Notes: generated from the letters alone by a model not told the origin. A DNA stretch of 64,000 bases from Candidatus Poseidoniales archaeon (GCA_038144595.1 JAYQOB010000008.1:151871-215870), one strand, 5' to 3'. Shown: positions 19,174-29,776, numbered from the stretch's first letter. Numbers and translations are program-made.

Positions 19174-19730
19174 ATGGGTCAAGTTGTGGCGGTGTGCGGC
19201 ATGCCTGGCTCAGGCAAAGGAGAATTCGCAGCCGTTCTCGCCAACGCTGGCGTGCCGGTCGTTTCCATGGGCGACATGATTCGAGCCGAGGTGCGTCGCC
19301 TCGGACTGGAAGAAGCCCCGCACGTGTTCGGTGAGGTGGCGGCCTCGTTGCGAGCCGATCACGGCGAGGACGTGCTGGCGGTTCGCCTGTGCGACCGTGT
19401 GGACGAACTGCTCGTCGACCATCCGATGGTGCTCATTGAAGGTCTGCGTGGAACGGCGGAAGATGCCGTGTTTGCCGCCAGGTGGGGCGCCATCTATCGG
19501 ACAGTGGCCATTCTTGCTGATGCCGAATTGCGCTTCCAGCGAACCCTCAAGCGCGGCCGGTCCGAAGACGGTGACCGAGCGGCCTTTGAGGCACGAAATC
19601 AACGCGAGCAAGGGTGGGGGGTCTTGATGCCCTCATCGACGTGGCCGCCGACAAAATTCACAACGACGTTGACCTGCCGGAATTCCAGGCCCGCTGTGAG
19701 GCGTGGATGGCTGAGATTCTGAACACCTAA
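19174..19730 (+). CDS. P-loop nucleotide kinase of the archaeal UPF0200/dephospho-CoA-kinase-like family, frame-shifted in a G6 run at ~19616-19621
   Basis: VCGMPGSGKGE P-loop and ...RFQRTLKRGRSEDG. The conserved C-terminus WGLDALIDVAADKIHNDVDLPEFQARCEAWMAEILNT is in the +1 frame. Confidence 0.6.
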
Positions 19731-19914
19731 ATCGGTGTGCCTCGACGGTAGGAAACGCGCCACAGCAGGGCGGTTTACGACCGATTTCCACCCAAGTGTT
19801 ATAGTCGGGGAGATGTTGTAGCAAACTGCAATCGCGAGGGTTGGTGTCCATGGCAAGAAAAAAGGCGGTGGCGGTGGACGACAGCGAGCCCGACAACGAG
19901 CGCAGTACGACGAG

Positions 19915-21372
19915 TTGGACAAGTACCCCGTGATGCCTCCTCACGCCTTTGCCCGTATCGTTCGCGACAAGCAAACGCTCAACATCATTTACCAGATCAT
20001 TGAACCCCCGCTCACAAAGAAGGAACAAGAGCAGCGAGACGAAATCATGGACATCTTCATTCGCTCCCTGACGGCGAACATTGAGGAAATCGACTCCAAT
20101 CCCGAAGCCTATGTGCGGACGGCCATGGACAAAGTCATCAAATCCTACAGCATGAAAATCAACAAGAAATCCAAGTCGAAGTTATTCTACTACCTTCGCC
20201 GCGACCTCATCGGCTACGGGAAAATGGATGTGCTGATGAACGACGTCAACGTCGAGGACATCTCCCTTGACGGTACCAACGTGCCTATTTTCGCTTACCA
20301 TCGAAAATTCGAATCGGTGGAGACCACCTGCGTGTGGGAAACCGACGAAGAACTCGAATCCTACGTCATTAAACTCGCTCAACGCTGTGGAAAGCACATT
20401 TCCGTCGCAGAACCCCTGCTCGACGCAACGCTGATGGACGGTTCCCGTATTGTCATGAAACTCGGTCACGAAATCTCAACACGTGGGTCCGCATTCTGTA
20501 TTCGACGGTTCAAGGACGACCCGTTCTCGCCCGCCGACATCGTCGCCTTCCGAACCATGTCGTCGTTGATGACGGCCTACTTGTGGATCGCCTTCCAGAA
20601 CGAAGTCCCCATGCTGTTCGTTGGCGGTACGGCGTCCGGAAAGACGACCACCCTCAACGCCATGTGCATTTTCATCCCTTGGCAAATGAAAATCGTGTCC
20701 ATCGAATCCACACGCGAAGTCAACATCCCGCAACCCAACTGGGTTCCCGGTCTGACCCGACAAGGGTTTGGTGGTGAGAGCGACGACGGTGTCATCGGTG
20801 AGTTCGAGTTGCTCAAGGCTGCGTTACGTGAACGGCCGGAATACATCATTGTGGGTGAAATTCGTGGTGCAGAGGCTTACGTTCTGTTCCAAGCCATGGC
20901 CACCGGCCACTGCGCTTACTCCACGGTTCACGCCGACTCCGTGCCCTCGCTCGTTCACCGATTGGAGAACAAACCGATCGACATCCCTCGGGTGCTTTTG
21001 CCGGCGCTGGAAGCCTGTTCGATTCAGATTCAAACCAGAATCAACGGCCGCCGTGTTCGAAGAACAAAGCAAATCGTTGAGATCGTTGGCATTGACCCTA
21101 ACTCGATGGAAGTCATCACCAACGAAGTGTTCCGCTGGGACGTGACCAACGATGATTTCATCTTCAGCGGTAAGTCCTATGTGCTGGAGAAAATCATGGT
21201 CAAGATCAACTACAGTCAGGAAGAAATGCGCCGTGAATTGCGAACCCGCAAGCGCATCTTGGAATGGATGGTACTCAACGACATTCGGAAGGCTGACCAG
21301 GTTTCGCAGATCGTTACGGAATACTACGTCCGACCCAATGAAATTCTCGCCCGTGTGGACGGATTGAAGTGA
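19915..21372 (+). CDS. FlaI/ArlI-like type IV pilus or archaellum assembly ATPase (VirB11/GspE superfamily)
   Basis: Walker A GGTASGKTT, Walker B and Asp/His boxes. An ATG at ~19850 in another frame (MARKKAVAVDDSEPDNE...) suggests the true N-terminus lies upstream with an additional indel. Confidence 0.8.
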   Translation: MDKYPVMPPHAFARIVRDKQTLNIIYQIIEPPLTKKEQEQRDEIMDIFIRSLTANIEEIDSNPEAYVRTAMDKVIKSYSMKINKKSKSKLFYYLRRDLIGYGKMDVLMNDVNVEDISLDGTNVPIFAYHRKFESVETTCVWETDEELESYVIKLAQRCGKHISVAEPLLDATLMDGSRIVMKLGHEISTRGSAFCIRRFKDDPFSPADIVAFRTMSSLMTAYLWIAFQNEVPMLFVGGTASGKTTTLNAMCIFIPWQMKIVSIESTREVNIPQPNWVPGLTRQGFGGESDDGVIGEFELLKAALRERPEYIIVGEIRGAEAYVLFQAMATGHCAYSTVHADSVPSLVHRLENKPIDIPRVLLPALEACSIQIQTRINGRRVRRTKQIVEIVGIDPNSMEVITNEVFRWDVTNDDFIFSGKSYVLEKIMVKINYSQEEMRRELRTRKRILEWMVLNDIRKADQVSQIVTEYYVRPNEILARVDGLK

Positions 21373-21396
21373 GGCGGCCAAACAGGAGTCGATAGC

Positions 21397-22416
21397 ATGG
21401 ACCTGACGGCATGGCAACGCATCTGCACTCGGCTGCTCGGGCCGTTTGTCAAGAAGCGCGCTCGCAACGACAAGGAATTATCGGCCAACCTCGTCAAAGG
21501 GTCGATGGGCATGATGCCCGAGGTTTACCTCTCCACCGTGATCGTCACTTCGATCGCCATCGCCTTGATGTCGTGGGCCTTCGTGGCCATTTTCTTCATT
21601 CCCGACATCGGCGTCATCGCCTTTTACGAAGGCATTCAAGACGCCGCTACGAAGGACCCGTGCTTCGAATGGGAGTACTGGAACCCCGACCTTATCGACC
21701 CCTCGCAGCCCGGCAACGGTTGTCCTGAATTCGCCCTCCAGGTGTTCCCGCCGGCGCTGAAGGTCGTCATTGTGGCCCTCGGCGGCTTGATCATCCCGTA
21801 CGCCGCTTACGTCTACAACAAAGGCGGGGCTGCCCGTGAAGCAACCCGCCGTGGCGACATGATCGAGAAGTACCTGCCCTACGCTGCTTCCTACACGGCA
21901 GCCATGTCGGCGGCCAACGCCACCCCGGCCAAGATCTTCAGGTCCCTTGCCATGAACAAGGACATCTACGGCGACGTGGCTGACGACGCAGCGATGATTT
22001 ATCGCGACATCACCCTCCTGGGTTACGACCTCATCACCGCCATGAAAATGAGTGTTGACCGGGCCGCTTCAGTTTGGTTGACGGAATTTTTCCAAGGCAT
22101 GGTCGGCACCCTCACGGCCGGTGGCCAACTCAAGCTGTTCTTCCTCAACCGTGCAGAGCACTACATGCGTGAGAACCGTACCCGGCTGGGGCAATTCCTC
22201 GAGTCGATCGCTCTCTTGGCTGAATCCTACATTGTGGTCGCCGTCGCTATGCCGCTTTTCCTGATCGTCATGCTCGTCATCATGTTCTGGGTGTCGGGTT
22301 CCGGCGCACAGATGAGCGAAGGGATGCTGTACGGCATCGTGTTGGGCTTCATTCCGATGATTCACATCGCCTACGCCATTCTCGTGTGGACCAGCAGCAA
22401 GGAGCAAGAAATGTAA
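21397..22416 (+). CDS. T2SS-F domain membrane protein (FlaJ/TadB-like half)
   Basis: Polytopic. Motif ...IEKYLPYAASYTAAMSAANATPAKIF... is typical of GspF/FlaJ domains. Confidence 0.55.
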   Translation: MDLTAWQRICTRLLGPFVKKRARNDKELSANLVKGSMGMMPEVYLSTVIVTSIAIALMSWAFVAIFFIPDIGVIAFYEGIQDAATKDPCFEWEYWNPDLIDPSQPGNGCPEFALQVFPPALKVVIVALGGLIIPYAAYVYNKGGAAREATRRGDMIEKYLPYAASYTAAMSAANATPAKIFRSLAMNKDIYGDVADDAAMIYRDITLLGYDLITAMKMSVDRAASVWLTEFFQGMVGTLTAGGQLKLFFLNRAEHYMRENRTRLGQFLESIALLAESYIVVAVAMPLFLIVMLVIMFWVSGSGAQMSEGMLYGIVLGFIPMIHIAYAILVWTSSKEQEM

Positions 22417-22430
22417 GGAGGTGAAGAAGG

Positions 22431-24005
22431 ATGGCACGCAAGAAAGAGAAGATCGTGGTCAACCTCGACCTTCCCAAGGACGACTCCACGCTGACCAAGC
22501 TCTACGTCATCTTGTTCTTCTCCATCATTCTTGGATTGGGCAGCGGTCTGTTTTGGATCACCAATTCAGGTTTCGTCCCCACCGCCAACGGAGAGCCGAT
22601 GTTCACCAACCTGTACTGCGGTGCGACGGCTCAGGATGAACTCGGCAACCCTACGGGTGAATTTTTCCAAACCAACCAGAAGCCAACCTACACGGCAAAC
22701 CAAACCTGTTCCATCCTCCAAGACAGCCCCGATCGCATCACGTGGGAGGACGAGGAATGGAACATGGTCACCAAGCGAGGCAAAAACTTCGATGTTCCCG
22801 GCGTTCCTGATTCCGCCACGGGTGGGACCGCTGTCCTCCAACCGCTCTGGCTGAACTACACGGTTGAGGCCTCGTCGGCGTACGATTACACCGTCGCCAT
22901 CCGGACGTCCTCCGGTGATATTCTCGAATACGAAAACCAAACGGCGAACACCGGCTCGCAACAACTCTACATGGTGACGATTCCGCCGGACACACGGTAC
23001 GAACTCATCTTCATGTCCTCGCAGGAAGGCCAGTTCTTGCAAACCATCACGTTCGACATGACCGTTCACTATCAGGACGGCATCCCCACAAACATGAACA
23101 ACAAATCGTTGTGGTTGGGACCCGCCTTGGAAGCAGGACCGTTGAAGGTTCACCCCACCATTTTCCTCAACTTCTTTGGTTTGACGTTTTTCTTCTTTAT
23201 CTTCCCAGCATCGTACTACTGGGAGCGCGTTGAGAACGAGAAGAACGAGGTGGAAGAGAAGTTCCCGGACTTCCTCCGTGACCTGGCCGAATACTGGAAA
23301 GGTGGTCTTTCCATGACCGTCGCAGTCCAAACCTTGGCGACTTCGGAATACGGAGCTCTCAACGACGAAGTCAAGAAAATGTCCGACCAGTTAAGCTGGG
23401 GTGTCAAATTCTCCGATGTCATCGGTCAGTTCGCAGAACGGGTCGGCACCCCACTCGTCAAGCGTGCCATTACGCTCATCGCTGAAGCCGACCGTGCGGG
23501 CGGGAAAATTTCAGACATTCTTGTCACGGCTGCCAACGACTCCCGTGAACTGAAGTTCCTCGAGGGAGAACGTAAGCGCGCTATCGGTTCGTACATCGCG
23601 GTCATTTGGACGTCGTACTTCGTTTTCCTCGGCGTGATTGTCGTTTTGGCCAAGGTGTTTATTCCCGCCATTGCTGGTTCAAACTCGGGAGGTGAGGACG
23701 GCGGCGACAGCGGCGGTCAAACCATCGGAAACATGACCATTCGAAACATCGATCCGCTGTTCTTCCTGACGATTTTCTACTACGGTGTAACCATGCAAGC
23801 GCTCGGTAACGGCTCCATGGCCGGGTTGATGGCCACCGGGCGCTTCTCGACCGGGTTCAAGCATTCGGGGATGATGATCGTCGTCGCCCTCTTGATTTTC
23901 AACCTCGTGGCGTTCTCACCTGACCTCATCGGCATCACGGAAGTTCCCGGCCTGAACCCCTCTTCGGGAACCTTCGTTCCCTCCCCGCTCTACTTCGGAG
24001 GTTGA
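22431..24005 (+). CDS. FlaJ/TadC-like type IV pilus or archaellum membrane platform protein
   Basis: Polytopic with a GspF-like cytoplasmic domain (FPDFLRDLAEYWKGGLSMTVAVQTLA...). Located immediately downstream of FlaI. Confidence 0.6.
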   Translation: MARKKEKIVVNLDLPKDDSTLTKLYVILFFSIILGLGSGLFWITNSGFVPTANGEPMFTNLYCGATAQDELGNPTGEFFQTNQKPTYTANQTCSILQDSPDRITWEDEEWNMVTKRGKNFDVPGVPDSATGGTAVLQPLWLNYTVEASSAYDYTVAIRTSSGDILEYENQTANTGSQQLYMVTIPPDTRYELIFMSSQEGQFLQTITFDMTVHYQDGIPTNMNNKSLWLGPALEAGPLKVHPTIFLNFFGLTFFFFIFPASYYWERVENEKNEVEEKFPDFLRDLAEYWKGGLSMTVAVQTLATSEYGALNDEVKKMSDQLSWGVKFSDVIGQFAERVGTPLVKRAITLIAEADRAGGKISDILVTAANDSRELKFLEGERKRAIGSYIAVIWTSYFVFLGVIVVLAKVFIPAIAGSNSGGEDGGDSGGQTIGNMTIRNIDPLFFLTIFYYGVTMQALGNGSMAGLMATGRFSTGFKHSGMMIVVALLIFNLVAFSPDLIGITEVPGLNPSSGTFVPSPLYFGG

Positions 24006-24009
24006 CGGC

Positions 24010-24450
24010 GTGCGTCACGACGAAGAGGCCCAGATTCACATTCTGGAAATGTTGACGCTGTTTTGGCTGTTCTTCATGTCGGCCACGTTCCTGATTCGTG
24101 TTCACGTTCCAGATTCTGCTTCCGTCGCCCTCGACTCATCCTTGGAAATGGCAGCCGACGATGCTATCCGTTACGGTCTTGGCCTCGAGGCGGAGATTGA
24201 AGGCGACAGTCGTTTGGAGGAATTGCTGGCCGATGACGCTCGGGAAGAGGCCTGTGAGTTGCTTCAGTCTGCCGTGGCGCCCGGAAAGGAGGCGAATTGT
24301 TGGCTGGCGAAGGACAGTTCAGTGGCCACACCGCACGGAACGGTTGGAACACCGGCCGGTGGCACGGTGGCGGTTCACCATCTCGTGGTCATCGGCCCGT
24401 ACGTGTGGACGGTGACGCTCGACGTTTGGGCTCGTGGAGGTGGTGCCTGA
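24010..24450 (+). CDS. small protein with an N-terminal hydrophobic helix (pilin-like candidate)
   Basis: ILEMLTLFWLFFMSATFLIRV N-terminal helix. Its stop overlaps the next start (tgATGcgc). Confidence 0.35.
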   Translation: MRHDEEAQIHILEMLTLFWLFFMSATFLIRVHVPDSASVALDSSLEMAADDAIRYGLGLEAEIEGDSRLEELLADDAREEACELLQSAVAPGKEANCWLAKDSSVATPHGTVGTPAGGTVAVHHLVVIGPYVWTVTLDVWARGGGA

Positions 24451-24896
24451 TGCGCTCCACCGAATTGGAGGATGCCAACGGCGGACAAATGCTGCTCGCC
24501 ACCGGTGTCGTGCTTCTCATGTCCTTGCTCTCCATGGCCATCTTCGGTGTGAAAGTGGCGGGCCTGACCTTGCCGCATGAAGCGGCATCCGACGATGTCA
24601 TCGACACCACCGATCAGGTCCTCGAGACGATTCAGCCCTTGACACAGGCCCGGATGGACCTCTGGATGGATGGCGGCCTTGAGCCACTTGAAGCAGCCGA
24701 ACTTGGGTTCGAAACCGTTCACGATGACCTGCTTCACCACGGTGAATTACGGGGTGTTGAAATCAAACTCACCAACATGGCTGTTTCCGAACTTGACAGC
24801 AACACGCTTCAGGTCAGCGCAGAACTGGGTGTCTCCGACGGTGAGGCCATGCTCAACTACGATGTTTCCTTCACGCTCACGGTTCAATCTTCGTGA
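24450..24896 (+). CDS. small protein with a class-III-signal-peptide-like N-terminus (pilin-like candidate)
   Basis: MRSTELEDANGGQMLLATGVVLLMSLLSMAIFG: charged N-terminus, then Gly, then a hydrophobic stretch. Last gene of the FlaI-FlaJ cluster. Confidence 0.35.
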   Translation: MRSTELEDANGGQMLLATGVVLLMSLLSMAIFGVKVAGLTLPHEAASDDVIDTTDQVLETIQPLTQARMDLWMDGGLEPLEAAELGFETVHDDLLHHGELRGVEIKLTNMAVSELDSNTLQVSAELGVSDGEAMLNYDVSFTLTVQSS

Positions 24897-25546
24897 TGAT
24901 CATCAATGGCTCGGTTCAGCAAGGTGAAGATGCGCTCGACGTCACTCTCAACACGGGTGGGGTCAACGACCGGCCAGTTTGCGATTTTCGCACGCTCGAT
25001 GAGCCCCTCTTGGATGGCTCGGATGCGAGCGAAGCTGGCGAGGTAGCGGTCGGACCGACGGTAGGAATGAGCGTCCCTGGATTTCAGCATGTCTTGGTGA
25101 GCCCGTTCTTCATCCACCACCATCACCACGCCCAAAGCGACGCCTCCGGCGTCTTCCCATGCCTTGAGCAGGCGCGCACTCGGAACGATGTGAACGCCTT
25201 CGAGCAGGAGGTCGATGCCCTCTCTTCGAGCCCGTTCAACGGTGGCCGTGACGCCCGCTTCAACGGCCAGGCAGGTTTCGTTCCAATCCAGCACCGGCTC
25301 ACCGCTGCTTCCTCTTGAGAAGGACGAGCGATGCAACGCTTCTCGCTGCTGCCCTTCGTCAGCCGCCCGCATGATTTCACGAATGGCGTCGGTCGACATG
25401 ACCCGGGTAAATCCGGCTCGGTTGGCGACCCCGACGGCTGCCGTCGATTTTCCAACCCCGGTGGCACCGGCGAGGATGAGCAACCTCGGCGGTCGCGTTG
25501 AGAGGGTTTGCGCTGTTTGTTGCGCCATCCCTACCCGCTTTGCCAT
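24884..25546 (-). CDS. 2-phosphoglycerate kinase-like P-loop kinase (COG2074 family)
   Basis: LLILAGATGVGKSTAAVGVANRAGFTRVMSTDAIREIMR resembles archaeal 2PGK. The start is uncertain (internal Met chosen). Confidence 0.45.
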   Translation of the reverse strand: MAKRVGMAQQTAQTLSTRPPRLLILAGATGVGKSTAAVGVANRAGFTRVMSTDAIREIMRAADEGQQREALHRSSFSRGSSGEPVLDWNETCLAVEAGVTATVERARREGIDLLLEGVHIVPSARLLKAWEDAGGVALGVVMVVDEERAHQDMLKSRDAHSYRRSDRYLASFARIRAIQEGLIERAKIANWPVVDPTRVESDVERIFTLLNRAIDDHHED

Positions 25547-25666
25547 GCGGTTGAGGTGCAGGGGCGAGCACATGAGGGTTCTGCCCGAGGATGCGCAACC
25601 CTCCTTCATTTGGTCCCCGAGAAAACCCACCGATGGCCCTTTGAATTGGGTGGACTTGGAAGATCC

Positions 25667-27103
25667 ATGGCCGATGAAGAGATGTGGATTGCAGGCGAAT
25701 GGTGTGCAGCCGAGAACAAGGAAACCAGCGATGTCATCAACCCTGCGACCGGCGACGTCATGGCCACCGTACCAAGGGCCACCGTCGGTGATGTCGACCG
25801 TTGCGTCGCCGCCTCACGTGCCGCTCTGAACAACGCAGACTGGAAAGCCATGGACCCCGCTCAACGTGGTCGTATTCTCAACAAGATGGCGGCCGTCACC
25901 TACGCCAAAGCAAAGGAACTTGCCGTCATTGAATCTTCCAACAACGGCAAGACGTTCAGGGAAGCCCTCTCAGAAATCCGCTACGGTGCATGGACGCTGG
26001 AATACTTTGCAGGCCTCGCCGATAAGATCGAAGGCACCACGATCCCCGTCCCCGGTCCTCGTCTCAACTACACCCTCCGCCAACCGCTCGGGGTCACCGC
26101 CCACATCGTGCCCTGGAACTTCCCGCTTCAGCTGGCGCTGCGCTCCATCGCCCCCGCCCTCGCCGCAGGGTGCACGGTCATCGCCAAGCCTGCATCATGG
26201 ACGCCGCTGTCCCTGCTCGCCTGGGCAAAAGCCGTCGACGAGGCCGACACCGGCCTGCCATCCGGCGTGCTTCAGGTGTTGACTGGCTCGGGTGCTCTGG
26301 CAGGTGATGCCCTTGCGGGCCACGCCGGCGTGGACGGCGTGGTGTTGACCGGTGGGGTGCCCACGGGACAAGCCGTGATGGCCAAAGCCAGCGAGCAACT
26401 GACGCCCGTTACCCTCGAACTCGGTGGAAAGGGCGCCAACATCGTCTTCCCCGACGCCAACCTTCGCTACGCTGCGAAAGCGATTTGCTTTGGCATCTTC
26501 ATGAACGCCGGCCAGATGTGCTGGGCGGGTTCTCGCCTGCTCGTTCACGAGGACGTTCACGATGACCTCGTGGAGGCCGTGTGCGCTGAGGTGTCCAAGT
26601 GGCCCGTTGGCCCGGGGATGGAAGAAGGTGTTCGAATGGGCAGTCTCGTTCACGAGCGCCACCGAGCCGAAGTGCTTGAGAAACTCGAGGCCGGCCTGAA
26701 AGAAGGCGGCACGTTGGTGTTGGGCGGAAAGCCGCTCGACCGCGACGGGGCCTTCATGGAAGCAACGGTGGTCACCGGCGTCGATCGTTCCCACCTGCTG
26801 TTCCAAGACGAACTCTTCGGGCCCGTGCTGGCCGTCACCTCCTTTTCCACGGATGAGGAGGCCCTTGAACTGGCCAACGACACGCCGTTTGGGTTGCTGA
26901 ACGGCGTCTGGACGAACAACCTCAGTCGAGCTCACAGTTTTGCTCGCGACCTTGAGTGCGGCATGGTTTCCATCAACGAATACCCCATCACGTTCCCGCA
27001 GACGGCCTTCACGGGTTGGAAGCATTCGGGCATCGGCGTGGAACAGAGCCAAGATGCGCTTCGCTTCTACACGAAGGTCAAGAACGTGAACGTGAAGTTG
27101 TGA
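25667..27103 (+). CDS. NAD(P)-dependent aldehyde dehydrogenase
   Basis: ALDH motifs ELGGK and catalytic Cys (NAGQMCWAGSR). The ORF 25508 N-terminal extension is trimmed to MADEEMWIAGEW. Confidence 0.8.
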   Translation: MADEEMWIAGEWCAAENKETSDVINPATGDVMATVPRATVGDVDRCVAASRAALNNADWKAMDPAQRGRILNKMAAVTYAKAKELAVIESSNNGKTFREALSEIRYGAWTLEYFAGLADKIEGTTIPVPGPRLNYTLRQPLGVTAHIVPWNFPLQLALRSIAPALAAGCTVIAKPASWTPLSLLAWAKAVDEADTGLPSGVLQVLTGSGALAGDALAGHAGVDGVVLTGGVPTGQAVMAKASEQLTPVTLELGGKGANIVFPDANLRYAAKAICFGIFMNAGQMCWAGSRLLVHEDVHDDLVEAVCAEVSKWPVGPGMEEGVRMGSLVHERHRAEVLEKLEAGLKEGGTLVLGGKPLDRDGAFMEATVVTGVDRSHLLFQDELFGPVLAVTSFSTDEEALELANDTPFGLLNGVWTNNLSRAHSFARDLECGMVSINEYPITFPQTAFTGWKHSGIGVEQSQDALRFYTKVKNVNVKL

Positions 27104-27113
27104 GTGGATCTCC

Positions 27114-27893
27114 ATGGCGGTTGAAGTTGACCAACAAGGCGCTGTTCGCATCATCAAAATGGCGGGTCAAGCCTCGACGCAGTCGTTCTCGATGGCGTTC
27201 CTGCCCACGATTGCCGAGGCCATTGATGCTGGATTGAAGGACAGCGCCACGAAAGCCATCGTGCTGACGGGCGACGGCCGTTTCTTTTCCGCCGGGGCTG
27301 ATATTAACGCCTTTCAAGAAGCGATTGACGACAACTCGGCTCCCGAACTCATCCGCGACTTGACCGGTGTGCTCCACCCGCTGTTGGTTCGCATCCGTAC
27401 ATCCGCAACCATCGTGGTGGCGGCCCTCAACGGCGTATCGGCCGGCGGTGGTCTGGGTTTGGCCTTGGCGTGCGATGCTCGCATCGGTACGTCCGATGCT
27501 CGAATGGCGGCGTCCTACGCCGGCATGGGGCTCTCGCCGGACGGCGGGACGACCTGGCTTTTACCACGCCTCGTTGGCGAACAACGAGCACGTCGATTTT
27601 TCATGAGCAATGAAATTTGGACGGGCGAGGAAGCTCACGATTACGGCGCGATTGACGTGCTGGTGGACCCTGCATCTTTGCTTGAGACCGCCACAGGCTT
27701 GGCCACGATGTGGTCGTCGTGGGGCCCCCACACCAAGGAGGCGACCAAGCACCTCCTCCACGTTCAAACCGACAACGATTTCTCAACGCATCTCGACCAC
27801 GAACGGACCCTCATTGAAGCAGCCGGTACGACCGAGGCGTTCAAAGAAGGCGTGAGCGCCTTCCTTGAGAAGCGCCGCCCATCCTTTGATTGA
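27114..27893 (+). CDS. enoyl-CoA hydratase/isomerase family protein
   Basis: ALNGVSAGGGLGLALACDARIG crotonase fold signature. Confidence 0.75.
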   Translation: MAVEVDQQGAVRIIKMAGQASTQSFSMAFLPTIAEAIDAGLKDSATKAIVLTGDGRFFSAGADINAFQEAIDDNSAPELIRDLTGVLHPLLVRIRTSATIVVAALNGVSAGGGLGLALACDARIGTSDARMAASYAGMGLSPDGGTTWLLPRLVGEQRARRFFMSNEIWTGEEAHDYGAIDVLVDPASLLETATGLATMWSSWGPHTKEATKHLLHVQTDNDFSTHLDHERTLIEAAGTTEAFKEGVSAFLEKRRPSFD

Positions 27894-27894
27894 A

Positions 27895-28821
27895 TCACTG
27901 GATTTGGAATTGGTACTGCTTGGTGGGTTTCTTGCCGCCCAGGCGAGTGAGCCCGATGATGAGTGCGATGAGGCCACCGCATGCAGAGCAGCAACCCGCA
28001 CCAAACGAAACGACCGAAATGCCCGACTTCATGAGCAACTCCTCAACAAATCCAGATTCAATGTACATGGCGTCAAGGTCAACCACGGACATGTTGATGC
28101 CAGCATTGTTGGACACCGTCAAGACCTCGCCTTCCTCGCATTCGTGTTCTGGTTCTTCGATATCATCGCCCACTGTGTAGCAAATTCGTGCCACAATGAT
28201 GTGGTCTTCGATGTCAAAGTACTCCTCGTACAGGTTGGTGTCGCTCGCTTCTTTGTTCGTGGAACAGGAAATTCTCGCTGTGCGATCGCTGGCATCATCG
28301 CCTGTGTCATCGAGAACAGAAAAGGTCACGCCCTCGCAGGCGTCGATGATGCCGTTGTTGTTTTCATCGGCCTTGACATCACCTGGAATCAAAAGGTACC
28401 AACCCTCCTCACCCAAGCCATCTTCGTCGTCGTAGGTGAGCTCACCGCTGTCCCCAATGGACATGGTGTAATCAACGGTGGAGAGTTTGTTGAAGGTGTC
28501 CTCAAGTGAAGCACCCACGGCAATACCGGTTCCGAACCCAATGAGGCCGATGACCACCAAAACAGCGGCGATGATCATGGGGACTTTGGGCCCCTTTCCT
28601 TCATCCCCGATGGTGATGTTCTGGGTCGCCATGCCTGGCTGATAGCCAGCAACGACCATGTCCGGTGTGATTTGTTGCTGGAGCACAGGGCTCGGGCCTG
28701 CGATGTCTGCCGAAGTGACATCTGCTGAGGTCTGGGTTGACGTGCCATCTGGTTCATTTCCACCAGCATCGTTGGCAGCGCCCATCATGGCGCCCCAGGG
28801 GGTGGGGTTGGTTTCGTCCAT
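27895..28821 (-). CDS. hypothetical highly acidic membrane-anchored protein
   Basis: One internal TM and a C-terminal TM preceded by GAGCCSACGG. Asp/Glu-rich ectodomain. Confidence 0.4.
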   Translation of the reverse strand: MDETNPTPWGAMMGAANDAGGNEPDGTSTQTSADVTSADIAGPSPVLQQQITPDMVVAGYQPGMATQNITIGDEGKGPKVPMIIAAVLVVIGLIGFGTGIAVGASLEDTFNKLSTVDYTMSIGDSGELTYDDEDGLGEEGWYLLIPGDVKADENNNGIIDACEGVTFSVLDDTGDDASDRTARISCSTNKEASDTNLYEEYFDIEDHIIVARICYTVGDDIEEPEHECEEGEVLTVSNNAGINMSVVDLDAMYIESGFVEELLMKSGISVVSFGAGCCSACGGLIALIIGLTRLGGKKPTKQYQFQIQ

Positions 28822-28869
28822 GGATTTTCCACGGTCCCTTGCTCAATAAATCAGTGGGTGGAGCAGGGC

Positions 28870-29754
28870 TCACTCGAGGCTGGTTTCCTCGGCCTGTCCG
28901 CTGGACCAATCGTAGATGCCTTTGCCGGATTTCTTGCCGAGGCGACCTTCGGCGACCAAGCGCTCAAGCAGTGGGTGAGGGGCGTAGGCATCGTCGTTGA
29001 ACGAGCGCTGGAGGTTGAGGAGGATGTCTCTGCGAACATCGAGACCCACCAGGTCGGTCAAGGCCAACGGGCCCATTGGGTGCTTGTAGCCCAGCACCAT
29101 GGCGGTGTCAATGTCCTTGGCGCTGGCCACGCCGTCGGCCAGCATGCGGATAGCTTCGTTGCCGAGCACCACGCCCAAGCGGCTGGTGGCAAACCCGGGA
29201 ACGTCCTTGACCAGAATAGTGGTCTTGCCCATGGCTTCGCCGGCTGCTTCAGCGATGGCAATCGTCGCATCAGCGGTCTGGTCATGACGAACCAGTTCGA
29301 GCAGTTTCATGATGGGAACGGGATTGAAGAAATGCATGCCAATGACCTGTTCTGGTCGGGAGGTGGCAGCGGCGATGTCGGCGATGGAAAGCGAAGAGGT
29401 GTTGGTACCGAGCACGGCGTGAGCAGGGGCGAGTTCATCGAGTTGGGCGAAGATGCTGTGCTTCAGGTCAGGGATTTCAGGCACGGCTTCAATCACGAGG
29501 TCGGCCTGTCCGACCGCCGCAGCGAGGTCGCCAACAGCGGTCAGGTTAGCCGACCATGCGTCTCGCTGCTCAGGGGTGGTTTTGCCTCGTGCGATGCCCT
29601 TGTCCCAGAAGGCTGCGATGCGCTCCATGCCACGTTCAAGCCCCTCGGGAAAGGCGTCGTAGAGGTTGGTTTGCCAGCCTGCTTGGGCACACACTTGAGC
29701 GATACCGGCGCCCATCGTTCCAGCGCCCACCACGGCCACGCATTGAATGGTCAT
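28870..29754 (-). CDS. hbd: 3-hydroxyacyl-CoA (3-hydroxybutyryl-CoA) dehydrogenase
   Basis: VAVVGAGTMGAGIA Rossmann motif plus 3HCDH N- and C-domains. Start trimmed to MTIQCVAVVG. Confidence 0.8.
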   Translation of the reverse strand: MTIQCVAVVGAGTMGAGIAQVCAQAGWQTNLYDAFPEGLERGMERIAAFWDKGIARGKTTPEQRDAWSANLTAVGDLAAAVGQADLVIEAVPEIPDLKHSIFAQLDELAPAHAVLGTNTSSLSIADIAAATSRPEQVIGMHFFNPVPIMKLLELVRHDQTADATIAIAEAAGEAMGKTTILVKDVPGFATSRLGVVLGNEAIRMLADGVASAKDIDTAMVLGYKHPMGPLALTDLVGLDVRRDILLNLQRSFNDDAYAPHPLLERLVAEGRLGKKSGKGIYDWSSGQAEETSLE

Positions 29755-29776
29755 GGTCCTTGCAGGGAGAGGCCCT

